Positions 1-12,120 are shown, numbered from the stretch's first letter. The stretch is 64,000 nt of DNA from Harriotta raleighana (GCA_050575255.1 JBNZDD010013588.1:745545-809544); one strand, 5' to 3'. Made by a program: numbers and translations. The notes: generated by a model not told the origin, from the sequence alone.

Positions 1-212
1 TGAGTTCATGCGCTTTTACCCTTGCTCTGCCTTGTGCAATTTTAACACGATCCCTCTTTAACAATCCTTTGCGTCGGATCAGAGCGCTCCCAATACCAAG
101 TCCATCAAAAAGTCTCACTGGGTTTTTTTTTTAGCTTGTTACCATGTGCTAACGTCTCTGATGGGGCACGGTGGGGTGTGGGATGGGGGGAACGAAACGT
201 TTCTCTTCGCAG

Positions 213-390
213 TTGAGAAGGGTCAGCGGATTTCGGAGCAGATTGTGATTGGCACTCCCGGCACAGTCATGGACTGGTGCACCAAGCTACGCTTCATCGA
301 CACCAAGAACATCAAAGTGTTTGTCCTGGACGAGGCTGACGTTATGATCGCCACCCAAGGCCACCAAGATCAGAGCATTAGAATCCAAAG
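213..390 (+). CDS. DDX19: DDX19-type DEAD-box RNA helicase, internal exon (motif Ib GTPG, motif II DEAD)
   Basis: cgcag|TTGAGAAG...ATCCAAAG|gtaaac. Encodes EKGQRISEQIVIGTPGTVMDWCTKLRFIDTKNIKVFVLDEADVMIATQGHQDQSIRIQR, nearly identical to vertebrate DDX19. Upstream exons are outside the window. Confidence 0.96.
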
Positions 391-406
391 GTAAACTGGC
401 CATTTT

Positions 407-797
407 GGGTCGTGCAGCTCAGTGGGTTAGAGCGCTGGCCTTACGAGCGAGCGAGCGAGCGAGCGAGAAGACATTCAAATTCAGGGCCAACCCTTGAATG
501 AGTTTCTTTACTCCACACATACACACACACACACATACACACACACACACAGACAGACACACACACGTGCCTGATAATAATCTCTCCATAAACAAACAAA
601 ACACACACAATAACAAAAGTGGTCATTTCAATCCGCGCCTATTCGTGGGGACGCTGCCGTGCTCAATTGGCTGCCACGTTTCGCCCACAAATATATACAG
701 GGAATTCACTTTGCAGTGTATTCTGTGAAGCGTTTTGAGACACAGTCTAGAAGATGTGAAGATTATATCAAATGCAAGGATTATTATTATTATATTA
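407..797 (+). mobile_element. tRNA-derived SINE, dominant family in the window
   Basis: Head with A-box (gcagctcagtgggttagagc) and degenerate B-box; body gctcaattggctgccacgtttcgccc; tail atcaaatgcaagg(att)n. Confidence 0.85.
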
Positions 798-829
798 TTT
801 ATGCAGCGTACACAATTCCCTTGCTGTTG

Positions 830-1030
830 TCCATTTGCCCTCTATGACACTGATCTGCCTGATCGGAGAACCCAGCCTCCCAGTTTGGACGCTCGCTGGG
901 TTACTGCAGCTCCCACACTGCCTCCCCGTCTTAGATCAGCTAACGCAGCACAATCCCACAATCCCAGCTGGGATTTTCCCTGTTCGTATGACTCAGCTGC
1001 TCGCTGAATAAACAAGCTGAGCCATCAGCT
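830..1030 (-). mobile_element. Ancient SINE relic, AmnSINE2-like
   Basis: Minus strand reads gatggctcagc...gctgagtcatacgaacagggaaaatcccag...tgtgctgcgttagctgatct, resembling the AmnSINE2 consensus as recalled; not searched. Confidence 0.5.
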
Positions 1031-1711
1031 CTCTCTCTCTCTACCTCTCTTCCTCTCTCTCTCTCTCTCCAATTTTTTTTATATACAAGAAGTGTAAGCG
1101 GCTGTGGGTGTATAGCAGTTCGCATTTAAAGTGTTCCACACCGACAACTTCAAGGTCACAGTATTTCAGTCACCCTCCCCCTCAAGTATTCAATCCCTTT
1201 AATATGTCTTCTGCTTCAGCTCCTATAGAGTAGAACGTCCTATGTGTGTGTGAAAAAAGATTCTAACTCCATATGTTAAACCTTAATTTATGCCTGATTT
1301 CTGGACAGTTTGTGTGGGTACTAAAGTGTAAGTAGTTTAATGGTTTGAGGGAGAGCCGAGTGTGTCGGGAAAGCTTTCATTAAATAATAATAATATAATA
1401 ATCCTTGCATTTGATATAGCACCTTTCACACCTTATCGACGTCTCAAAGCATTTCACAGAATATACTGTGAATTGAATTATAAATCAAGGTAGACCAAAC
1501 TTTATGGCACCATGGGACGTCCTCCCAAAGCGAATCGTGCTGTGTACTAATGTACTTCTTCGAGTTTGATCCTAGGTCCTTGCGTTCGTTGACTGACCTG
1601 GTTTCTGAGAACTTGTTGATGAACCATTTTTCTTTTTTTTAAAAAAATTAAAAATAAGGATTTAGTTTTGTCGTCAGCCGTGCTATATTGCAGTTTGTTT
1701 CCTGTTTGTAG

Positions 1712-1949
1712 GTCACTACCACTTGGCTGCCAGATGCTGCTGTTCTCGGCTACGTTCGAAGAGTCCGTGTGGAGATTTGCCCAGAAGGTTGTCCCCGAAC
1801 ACAACCTCATCAAACTGAAGCGCGAGGAAGAAACTCTGGACACCATTAAGCAGTATTATGTGCTGTGCAACAACAAGGAGGAGAAATACCAAGCTCTGTG
1901 CAACATCTACGGAGCCATTACCATCGCCCAGGCCATGATCTTCTGTCAC
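1712..1949 (+). CDS. DDX19: DDX19 exon (motif III SAT, motif IV)
   Basis: tgtag|GTCACTA...TGTCAC|gtgagt. Encodes SLPLGCQMLLFSATFEESVW...AQAMIFCH; phase matches neighbours. Confidence 0.96.
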
Positions 1950-2410
1950 GTGAGTGTCTGGCTCGTTCATTGTCTCTTAATCAGTTTGTTGACTCCAACC
2001 GCAGGCAAAGATTGGTTTGGGAAAATGTTCTCTTAAAGAGTTGACTGTTTAACCTCTACAGAGAAGCTGGCCCGACGAATAATTTGAACACAGGTCTCAC
2101 GCTTGTAAGGCAAGCGCTCTAACCACTGAGCTACAGGATTCGCACTTCTCAAAAGGACCTATCCTCTTTCTCAAACCTCTTCTACATCCCAAATTATCTG
2201 TGCGTGTTTTTTTGTTTCGTGTGCAGCATACGTAATACCTCATCTCCCGTTTACCTGAATTTGAATGGTGTTTGAATACTATCCGAACGTTTGGTTTGCA
2301 TTTGTACCAAGAGAACGGCGATGTGGGGGCGGGCGGGGAGGGGGCCATAGTATAAAGGGCTGGCTTGCAGCTCGAGTGGCTGTCTGACCTGCAGTTCGTT
2401 CCCCTCGCAG

Positions 2411-2573
2411 ACCCGCAAGACAGCTGGTTGGTTGGCAGGAGAACTGTCCAAGGAGGGTCACCAGGTGGCATTGCTCAGTGGTGAGATGATGGTGGAGCAG
2501 CGAGCTGCCGTGATCCAACGCTTCCGAGAGGGCAAGGAGAAGGTGCTGGTGACAACCAACGTCTGTGCAAGGG
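2411..2573 (+). CDS. DDX19: DDX19 exon (motif V)
   Basis: cgcag|ACCCGCAAG...GCAAGGG|gtgcgt. Encodes TRKTAGWLAGELSKEGHQVALLSGEMMVEQR...TTNVCARG. Confidence 0.96.
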
Positions 2574-2605
2574 GTGCGTATCCATCTCCCATCAATAACT
2601 GTTCC

Positions 2606-2950
2606 ATTATTATTAATAATAATAATGATACTTACATTTGATTTGATGTAGCGCTTTTTCACGCCTTTATCGACATCTCAAGCGCTTCACAGAATAGGCT
2701 CGTGAAGTGAATTGACCGTATATATTTGTGGGCGAAACGCGGCAGCCAATTGCGCACAGCGGCGTCTCCCCCCCCCNNNNNNNNNNNNNNNNNNNNNNNN
2801 NNNNGGCCCCCCCCCCCCCCCCCCCCCCCTCCACACAAACAGCCGTAATGGAAATGACCCAATTTTTATTATTGTGGTTTGTTTTTGGAGGGATTATTAT
2901 TAGGCGCGTGTGTGGAGTAAGGAAAGTTGCCCAAGGTTTCGCCCTGACCC
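2606..2950 (-). mobile_element. tRNA-SINE copy lacking the head
   Basis: Reverse complement of the family body and tail. Confidence 0.8.
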
Positions 2951-3020
2951 CCCTCGATTAAACAGATCCCGTCGGCGAAGCTCCATGCGATAGATGAGTT
3001 TTACTTGCGTTTCGATCCAG

Positions 3021-3212
3021 GTATCGACGTTGAGCAAGTGTCCGTGGTCATCAACTTTGACCTTCCCGTGGATAAAGACGGCAACCCAGACTGCGAGACG
3101 TACCTTCACCGGATCGGGCGGACGGGCCGTTTTGGCAAGCGCGGCCTAGCGATCAACATGGTGGAGAGCAAGCACAGCATGAACATCCTCAACCGAATCC
3201 AGGACCACTTCA
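3021..3212 (+). CDS. DDX19: DDX19 exon (motif [12 protein letters not shown])
   Basis: tccag|GTATCGAC...CACTTCA|gtaatg. Encodes [41 protein letters not shown]...QDHF. Confidence 0.96.
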
Positions 3213-3454
3213 GTAATGCCATTTACTTTTCAAACCGGCTCGCCGTGTTGACTTGCGGATCGACGCAGCGTGGGGGGTGGGGGGGGGAGGTGGGGAAATA
3301 AGCCGCGGTTCGTCAAGCGAAATCTGCCGTGAAATTAACTGGGTGTTTGCAGTGCGGGAAGGGAGGTCCCAAGTGTAACCTTCAGTCCAATGTACGCGAT
3401 GAGCCTTTGCCTTTCAGTGGAGCGGGCTGGCTAACGTTTTCCTTTGCCTTTCAG

Positions 3455-3516
3455 ACAAGAAGGTTGACAAGCTCGATACAGATGACCTTGACGAGATTGA
3501 GAAAATCACCAATTGA
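3455..3516 (+). CDS. DDX19: DDX19 terminal coding exon
   Basis: ttcag|ACAAGAAG...AAT TGA. Encodes NKKVDKLDTDDLDEIEKITN*, the typical DDX19 C-terminus. An AT-rich, repeat-free 3' UTR follows. Confidence 0.95.
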
Positions 3517-4290
3517 GCACCCGAACCAGTTTGAAAACCTTTTCAATCCTGTGAGATACACATTATCAGGTCCAATCGGACTTTTGGACTGAGTTTCCAA
3601 TTTGGTTTATTCTGCAGCCAATCTTTTGAGAATAGACTGACTGAATCAAATTACCTTCAGTTTACCTTATTTAAAACTTCGCAGTTGGGCGGTAACGTTT
3701 TGTATTTTTTGTTTCCTCCTTTTAAGGAGTGAATAGTAAAATTTAAAAATTCTGGAAAATGTTTACACTTGAAAAAACATTCAAACGCGTTTTAAGAAAA
3801 AGTTTGTTGTCTTTAGTTATTGAACTTAACGAGAAGCCAGAAATACTGATTGACTGTTCGGGTTGGAATTTTAATTGCCAAACACTAGGGGTGGGGGGGG
3901 GAAAACGATAGGAAAAGTTTAAAAAAAAATAAAGAAAAGTTTTTAAAAATCTGAGCAGGAAACATTTAGGGGTTAATAGCACAGCCTAGCAACTAAAGAG
4001 GATGCAAATCGGCTGTGAGATCGAACGTGTACTGTTAGCACAAGGTTAAAAATCACAACAAAACTTGTTTGGCTGTATGAATTGCGGGTGCACTATTTGC
4101 CTGTTGTACTTCTGTCACTCACCTAGAGCTAGTTGTGTGGAGGATAAGCTACGCGTACCACCTTATGCATGATTTGATTCCTAGCCTAGTTTAGGTTTGG
4201 ACTAAGAAATTATTATCTGGTTGCTCTGTCCGCCCTTCCTGTTTGAGGTGCAGTTCAGTATTAGCTACCCACTGACCCATTTAAAACCTG

Positions 4291-4296
4291 AATAAA
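4291..4296 (+). terminator. Candidate polyadenylation signal for DDX19 (other AATAAA at 3928 and 5563)
   Basis: AATAAA downstream of the stop codon; which site is used cannot be determined from sequence. Confidence 0.4.
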
Positions 4297-7200
4297 ATGG
4301 TGTATGATATCCCACCTTGAGAGTAACAGACAATCTCTTTCTGTATCCGTCAGTTTGAGGGTGGATCAGTTTATTTATCAAAAAAAATTATCAGAAAATC
4401 AAAAGTAATTAACCATAACCAAGTTACCAGTTAGTTTTGAAACTTTAAACCTCAGTCTTTGTTGTCAGCCGGTGTTTCGACTCACGTGATAAACCCATCC
4501 CAATGTCTCCAAACCTCATCCTCTCCATTGTTCACCAGTTGATTCAAAGCACCTTTGTTTAACAAGCAGTTAACATTCCTATTAAATGTACTGATATACC
4601 CAGTAACAAAATTTAACAAAATTAAATTCCTTTAAAATGTGGATTGTGAGAAGATTGTGGTTTTGTATCTGAAACCTGGAAACCAGGTGGAATCAGTTTC
4701 TTGTGAAAGTGATATTTTTTCCCCATCTCTCTCTTTCTATTCCTTCCACCCGCTATCTCTTTCTGTTTCTTCCGCCCGCTATCCATTCATTCATTGAACT
4801 GCTTCAGGTATCTATTAAGTGTGTAGACTTTACCAGAGCAAACATCTTTTGAATTCAAGGGACAAATAAATATCTTAACAATTCTGCTTCAAAAAAGGAA
4901 TTCTAAAGTAAGCAAAAAGAAAATGGGGAAGGATATTGTCAGGACATGTATCGAGTTAGATTGGAAGGTATTTAATGATTAAAACCATTGTAAGCCTGTT
5001 ATAACAATTTTTTTTAAAACAACTTTGACTTATATAGCGCCCTCCACGCCGGATGGCGTCTCAGAGTGCTTAAAGTCTCTTAGTGGGAAAAGCATGTTCT
5101 TAAAACAAAATATTGGCTGTAGAAATTCTGTTCAAAGCAACAAAAAAAGCAAGAAAAACACAAAGCAAACTTTTATCAAATGAAAAAAAATTGAAGTTAA
5201 TTTGAGGTTGTACCTTGCAATTTTAGGAACATTTCACAAAAATGCCCCATATTCAGATATTTGTATTAAAAAAAACTTTACCTTGAAAATGACTTGTGCA
5301 GCTTCAACGAGTGTATATTAAATTTTGTACCTATGGGGGTGAAAGCATTTGTATGCAGTACATTTTTATTTGGTTGTGATTTGGACTGTAATCCAAACTA
5401 CTTAAACTGCATCTATGAAGAGTGCTTCAAGTGTTACGGATGAATTGATTTGAAACGTTTAATTTGACAAAGTATACAAAGCCTGTTCGCAGCTGTTACA
5501 GCAGAGGTAACTTCACACTGCCATTGCTATGGGATTACTTATTCTCATGTACTTCTAAGTAGAATAAAGAGAATACCTCAAATGTTCTGTAACTTTTTCA
5601 ACAACAAAAAAAGGCATGAATTTACGGCACCTTATCTGGTTTAATTTAAACCGTTCGTAAGATTTCTTCAATTTATTCTTTTCTCACCAAGATAGATGGG
5701 TCTTACAGTGCTTTATATCATAGTCAGGTAGAATGTTTTCTATGTTTTTACATTTATTTAGCAGTTTAAATGTCAATTATTTATCATTTAAAAAAAAAAA
5801 AAATCTTGTAAAGTGGGTGCAGTTTTGAGTAAGACTTTCTCAGATTCTGTGTTAATCTGTAGCCCTGGGAAGTCGAGATGTATGAAAGAATTGCCTGTGA
5901 GAGATTGCTGAAAACACCGAGAATGCAATAGGTTTTGGGTAGGAGTGTCAGAACTTTGCTCTCAAACGTTGAGAATAATAATCACAACATTGGATAAACA
6001 CCTTTCATGTCGGGAGGACACCTTAAAGCGCTTCACAGGATGTTACTGTAAAGTGCAGTGACTGTAATAATGCAGTGAAGACCATTACATAAGTAAATGA
6101 GGAGAGCTTGGATTCAGATTTGCTGTAGAACATCAATCGACCTATTATTACAGGATGAATTTCCTGATACCGAGGGACAGTTCTGTTAAAAACTTCCAGC
6201 CATTTCTTCTCCAGGTTCTCAGAGAGAGAAATGGATGGGGGGAAAGGAAATGAAACTTCCCCCCTTTCAGCCCTCCTAACCTTTTCCATGAAGATTGGAG
6301 AAACATATGAAACAAAGATCCAAACGTGAAATTGGCATTTAATTTATTGTGTTCATATACATTTCTTATGAATTTTAAAAGGTAAGACAGAAACATTAAC
6401 TAAGTGTTATAGTGGGAATTATTGAAATCACAAATTGTGTTGCTATTATACCATAAGTGATTAGAGCTGCACCTTTATGTAACTGGTGTGTTTATTTAAA
6501 ATGCACTTTTAAATCCTCGCAATATTTTCTATACATCAATTTTTTTTATTAGAGTGATCTAACACCAATCAGTTGCATCCCCAAATTCCCAGTGGATTTA
6601 TTAAACTCAGTATAAGCGTTAAGCAAATGTATAAATGGAATAGGATTAAATATGAAATAAGCAATATTAAAATAAGGCAATTGTAGCAGATGCACCCAAC
6701 ATAAATAACTTAGCAAGGTGAGGAAACAGATGATTTAGATTTTAAATTTAGATGATAATAATCCTTATATTTCAATTAGCGCTCTTCACATCTTCTAGAT
6801 GTCTCAAAGCACTTCACAGAATATACTGTAAAATGAATTGACTGTATATTTGTGGACGAAATGTGGAAGTGCAAGAATTAATACAGGTTTATTATACTGG
6901 CAAAGTAAGAAAAACAGTAGTTCTGTTTTGGCTAGAAATACTTTTTTAAAAAAACCCAAAAGACTATTTCTGAAAACAATATAACAAAGCCTTAAAATTC
7001 CTTATGTGTAAAATAACCATATGACATAAAAGTTAGTTTCACTTAGACAGAGTTGCTCAGTATTTTATCTGGGGTACCCGAAACAATCAGAGCTGGAGTA
7101 AACTCTTCATTCTTAACTGTCCTCGCCTGGTGAGTACAAGCTTTAAGATAAAGTTTCATAGGCACAAGGTTACAGCAGAATGCAAATTCAAATTTAACAT

Positions 7201-7989
7201 TGCTCTATTTACAGTACAGAATGGGATCCTCCGTGTGAATAAGACATACACATGCATACTTTAAAATCAGCCAGCTTGTAAAATGCTTTGGTTTTATTTT
7301 CTACAATGCTTCGCACCAGACCAGGTCCTAGCTACCACGTCACTATAACACGGTTCTATTTTGCCTTAAAATACTTGATTTCCATTCTTACACCAACATT
7401 TAAGTTGAACACTTGGGGCGAAATGCTGGGAGAGAAACTATTGCTTTTACTAGATCTACAGAGTCTGGATGTGACCATTTGGATCTGACTCCCGCAGTTA
7501 AGGAAATATACTCAATCCACCCCAGAAAAGTGTATGAAAACAATAAGAATTGCAGTGCAGCAAAATAAAAGGCACTCTGCATCACTAACATAGGTGGTTA
7601 GAAGGCTCCTCTCTGAGCAAAGGAGAAAGCAATGCAGATTATGAACACATCATTTATTGAATTACACCCTATATTTTAAAAAACCTGCATCAATGGGAGT
7701 TAAAAATCTAGCCTTATTTTTCACATTCACTTGTATTAATTCACCTTTCTGTGCTCTGCACCCACGGTACCGGTTAATAGACGCATCCTTTCCAGAAATG
7801 CTTAAAGGGAATGTAAAACTTAAAAGCTGCCCCTCACACTGTCGTTGCAGCAGGAACAGCAAAAGCCTCTGGGTCTGCGTTTTTGTCGAATAATGAAAAC
7901 TCGAATTTAAGTGGGGGTGGGGGGGGGTGGGGAGGCAAAAAAGAATGGAGCTCATTTGTTGCCAAAAAGTTATTCGAAGGCTCGAAGGA

Positions 7990-8811
7990 TTAATCCCCGT
8001 CATCTTGTAAAATGCAAAGAACTGATTTATTCTGAATGCCGCATTCCTCCAAGGTCTTTGATAAGTCCAGAAAACTTCTTCTGGGTATATCCATCGTTTC
8101 CACAGTACATTTCCTGTACTTGGTGTTATTCCTGCATTCGGCAACTGAGAGTATTGTTTGCAGTGTGTCCGAAGGCCTGAAGCAGCGTTCGAACCTCTGG
8201 CCCGTGGGAGATTTCACTGCGAGGCGTAGTTTGGGCTCCGACCCTAAAGGTTCGTCAGGTATAGAGGGTACCTCGCTCTGGGACAGCTGCGTTTTGCTGG
8301 TCGCAGCGTCAGATTTGCAGAGCGGCTGTTTCTTTTCCCTGCTGGGGGATATTGTTGCTGCCCGATCTGGGTGCAGGTTCAGTTTACTGGTTTGGTGTAA
8401 AATACTTTTGACTTCGGGTTCTCTGGGATCCCTCCTCCCAATGGACGGGAGCACTCTGTACCTATTTAGGGATGAGGAGGGGCGGGACGGAACCTGATGG
8501 AGGAGTTCCGGGACCTCCTCTTTCGTTGCTCGACCGGTGCGGACGTGTGGGTACGATGCTGGTAGGAGCTGGGGCGTAGGAGGACTGCTGCTCAGCTCAC
8601 ACAAAAGAGGTGACACTGTGTTTGGATAGGAGCACGCGTCCGTCTTCTGGGCATAGCTTGAGTTAGGACGACTGCGGCCTTTGGCAGATTTTGGCCTAGG
8701 GAGGCTCATGCTGCTCCGACTTGGTTCTATCATGGAGTGTACCGGGGAATCAAAGGTAGAAATGCTTTTTGACCTTGAGGGTGGCCTGTTTGTAGGTTGC
8801 GCTGTCGCCAT
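7990..8811 (-). CDS. UBXN10: UBX domain-containing protein 10 (p97/VCP adaptor, ciliary), 273 aa, single coding exon
   Basis: MAT start, RPKSAKGR motif, SSSLNRYRVLPSI, and C-terminal UBX domain LRLAVKSPTGQRFERCFRPSDTLQ...PRRSFLDLSKTLEECGIQNKSVL. Acceptor tttcag| at 8828/8827 lies 16 nt upstream of the ATG. Confidence 0.93.
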   Translation of the reverse strand: MATAQPTNRPPSRSKSISTFDSPVHSMIEPSRSSMSLPRPKSAKGRSRPNSSYAQKTDACSYPNTVSPLLCELSSSPPTPQLLPASYPHVRTGRATKEEVPELLHQVPSRPSSSLNRYRVLPSIGRRDPREPEVKSILHQTSKLNLHPDRAATISPSREKKQPLCKSDAATSKTQLSQSEVPSIPDEPLGSEPKLRLAVKSPTGQRFERCFRPSDTLQTILSVAECRNNTKYRKCTVETMDIPRRSFLDLSKTLEECGIQNKSVLCILQDDGD

Positions 8812-9594
8812 TTCATTCTCTCCGGATCTGAAATAAACGAAGGAGTAAGTCACACAGGGTTCACTGAATGCACATTGTGCTCTTGGGAGTCACTGAATAT
8901 TTCGCTCGCAAGTCTATTCACTTTACAGTGTATTCTGTGAAGCGTTTGCAGACATCTGGAAGACATGAAAGCTCTAAATCAAACACAAGCATTATTATTA
9001 CTTGATTTAAATCGTGCATTTTCCTCAAGTGCTTATTTGCAAGGCATACAATGGCACACTGATTTTGTTTGTAGTAATACAGTGTCGTGATACCAGTGTG
9101 TGGCTGTAATTTTGAATTGTGGGGAGAAGATCTTTAAGCACATCATAGCGTTGCTGCAACTTAAAGTGGCTTTGCCAGCACTGCAGTTGCATGTTTGGAG
9201 GGCATTATGACACATCCTCCCCGCACCCCACCACGCTTCAATTGAAGATCTTAATCCCTCACTACCTCCAATGGAAGAACATTAGAATTTATCGTTCTGT
9301 TGACGTGCCATTAAGGGCATTAGAGCCATTTAGATCTGATAAATGTAAACTATTGGCCAGCAGTCAAACCAGTGAGTTGAACTTCTTAGGCACCTGACCT
9401 TTAAGACAGCTCTGATCTGCCAACAGTTAAAGCATGTCCGTGCATGCCCCGACAGAAGGAATTGTAGCAGACAACAGAAAGAAGAATGGATAATAATCAC
9501 ACTAAACAATACACTGAACCAACGTGGGCAACAAGTAACCTAAATTAAATATGCTTCAGTGGCAGGGTAAGAAAGTGCATAATAACTTATGTGT

Positions 9595-10020
9595 TTCATT
9601 ACCGGCTCCATTGGCTCCCCATCCTCCAGAGGAGAAAATTCAAGATCTTCGTCTTCACTTTTAAGGCCATTTACGGCCTTGCCCCCCTCCTATCTCTCTG
9701 ACCTGCTGTCTCCCTATGAACCTGCCCACCGCCTCCATTTAGCGGGCTCCGGTCTGCTCCATGTCCCCTGCCTGACCCGCCCTACCATTGGTAGACGGGT
9801 TTCAGTCTCTCTGCCCCCACACTCTGGAACTCCGTCCCACAGTTCCTTCACTTGCCTCCTTCAATCCGGTCTCAAGACCCTCTTCTTTGCTCAAGCCTTC
9901 TGCTCTCTCCATCCCCTCCCACTATCCTGCCCTTCCTAGGCTCCCAATCTGACTGTTCAGCGCCTTGGGACGTCCTCCCGACATAAAAGTCACTCTAAAA
10001 ATGTAATTTTGTTGTTGTTG
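9595..10020 (+). mobile_element. L2-clade LINE 3' end
   Basis: Degenerate ORF2 C-terminus (LHWLPI..FKI..FKA..GLAP.YLSDLL..Y.P...L...GSGLL.VP..LWNS) followed by ctgactgttcagcgccttgggacgtcctcccgac...(gtt)n. Confidence 0.85.
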
Positions 10021-10682
10021 TACTGATAATAAACCTTTAACTTGCTGTTACCAGTAAAAATTGTATAAGTGCCAAAACATATTTTTTATATGCATAACAA
10101 GCGTTTTGGTGGGAGCGTAAATAACAGACTGCTGATATCAAACATTTTGGACATTTTAGCAAAGTAAGAATACACATAAAGACATATAATTTGTTATGCC
10201 ACGCAATTGCTTGCCAATACGTGAGTTGAAGTAATAAATCATTCGGAACATAATCAGCCTTCATACTTGCCTCCAGGTCCCAAAGTTTACTCTAAATAAT
10301 AATAGAATATTTACNCCGTGCCTGGTAATCCGGAACATAATCAGCCTTCATACTTGCCTCCAGGTCCCAAAGTTTACTCTAAATAATAATAGAATATTTA
10401 CATGGCAATCCATCAAAATCTGAAATCAGGTATTCTTTGGAGAGTATCGGGCCTTTGTAAAGCTCATGTCACACACTGTTGACAAGTACACAGTACAGTT
10501 ATTTCTGATTACTTTCCTGGGTGACATTTTTTTGGAAGTAACCTAGAAATCACTCAGATCTGTGGAGTATTTGATTATCTCTAATTCTGCTTATCCATTC
10601 AACTAGATATTTTACTGTTTGCTTTGTTGAACTTTTTACTGTGAAATCAATAGACAGAAAAGGTTTCCCCCCAAAATGAAAC

Positions 10683-11000
10683 CAACAATAACAACCAAAT
10701 TTTATTTGTATAATGCCTTTCACATCAGGAGCTGGATAGTCACTGGATAGTCATTATTTCATCCGCAAACTGGGATCGGGGGAAGGTGGAGGAACGGGGC
10801 AGGATTTAGGATGACTGACGGGCCGTGGGATAGTTGATTGGGAATAGTGGTGAGGGTTGTGGACAGGGACGGGAGCATTTTGGGGAAGCAGCTTGGGTCG
10901 ATTTCGGCAGTCAAAGTGTACATGCTGTGACTGGGAGCAATTGGAGGGGATCAGTGAGACTAGTCTTGAAGGAGGCAAAGGAGGAGGCAAAGGGATTGTG
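10683..11000 (-). mobile_element. Degenerate L2 3' fragment
   Basis: Reverse-complement similarity to the 9595-10020 and 60885-61118 elements. Confidence 0.55.
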
Positions 11001-12120
11001 TGCTGGTGTGGGGCAGGACTGATCTCCCAAGGAGTTCACAAAGGAGAACTGACAAGAACAACAAGGCGATTGGGCAATACACAACTTTCTTCTGCTCTTA
11101 TTCAGTTCTAAATCCTGCTTCAACTGGGAGACTACCATGGAACCAACACTGGAAGTGATGGTTCCAATGAGCTATTGATAACGGCAGCTTCTCTTCATTT
11201 TGTTCCAAGCGTATAACTCATCAATAGTTCCCGTAAGTGGAGACACAGTTCACCGTAGAACCTTTTGCACGATAACCTATCTGTATAACCGCGCATTCCA
11301 TTTATATCATTTACAATGCAAACTGGTACACGTTAACGCAAAGCTGGGCTATTTATTTACTCCGTCCCATTGTTCCAAATGGCAAACAGAACAGCCTGAA
11401 CTGCGAATGCGCTGATTTGTACATTTATGTCACCAGTGATTAATGATATTTTGCCTAATGTTGCACCACATCACAGCAATGAATCACAGTGACTCTTTTT
11501 TTTAAAAAAAATCCCATTGACTATTTAATCACCTTTTCACTGCCTCCACATAAGGGCCATAGAGGTAGCTAATGACCAAAAAGGTACAGTATTCTTACAG
11601 AAATCAACTATAAAAGCACTAACAATACTTCGGATCTTCATTTGTTAAGGTGAGAGAGGCAGTTTGGGAAGATATGAAAGGGTGGTAAACAGAGGCTCCT
11701 GCTTCACTCAAATTATTTAATTCCCTCCAATTCAACCCAGATAAATATTCACTCTGTGGACAATATTCTTTTGGTCTGTCGTGTGAAAACCCATCATTTT
11801 GCTGAAAAGCATCCAAACCAAACACAAAACCCTTGCAAACAACCAACACATGGAAACTCCCGTGGATTAGGATGGGAAAGTACACAAAAATATGATCTTT
11901 TCTTTCCCCTTGTCCACCGCACCCACCCCACCCCCCCCAAAGCCTCGGTGTCATACACTGCCACTGTCAGCGCTCTGGGACACTACCCTGGGTGAGGGAT
12001 GAAATACAAACAAATTGAAGGTGTGGTTGAAAAGGATTGCTCTGGGGGGAGCCAGGATGGGTATACGATCAAACCACCCTCTGCGGTTTTACGGCTGTGT
12101 GGTTTGGAAGGGGAACTTGG

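Noticed and set aside
8036-8497. 153-aa ORF antisense to UBXN10, and similar ORFs antisense to ACAP3 exons
   Set aside because: Shadow ORFs of real coding sequence with no recognisable domain.
10243-10401. Near-identical duplications around single n characters (also near 31638, 32072, 41445/41523, 42366, 45162, 48807, 62963, 63303)
   Set aside because: Systematic scaffolding artefact, not tandem repeats or CRISPR-like arrays.
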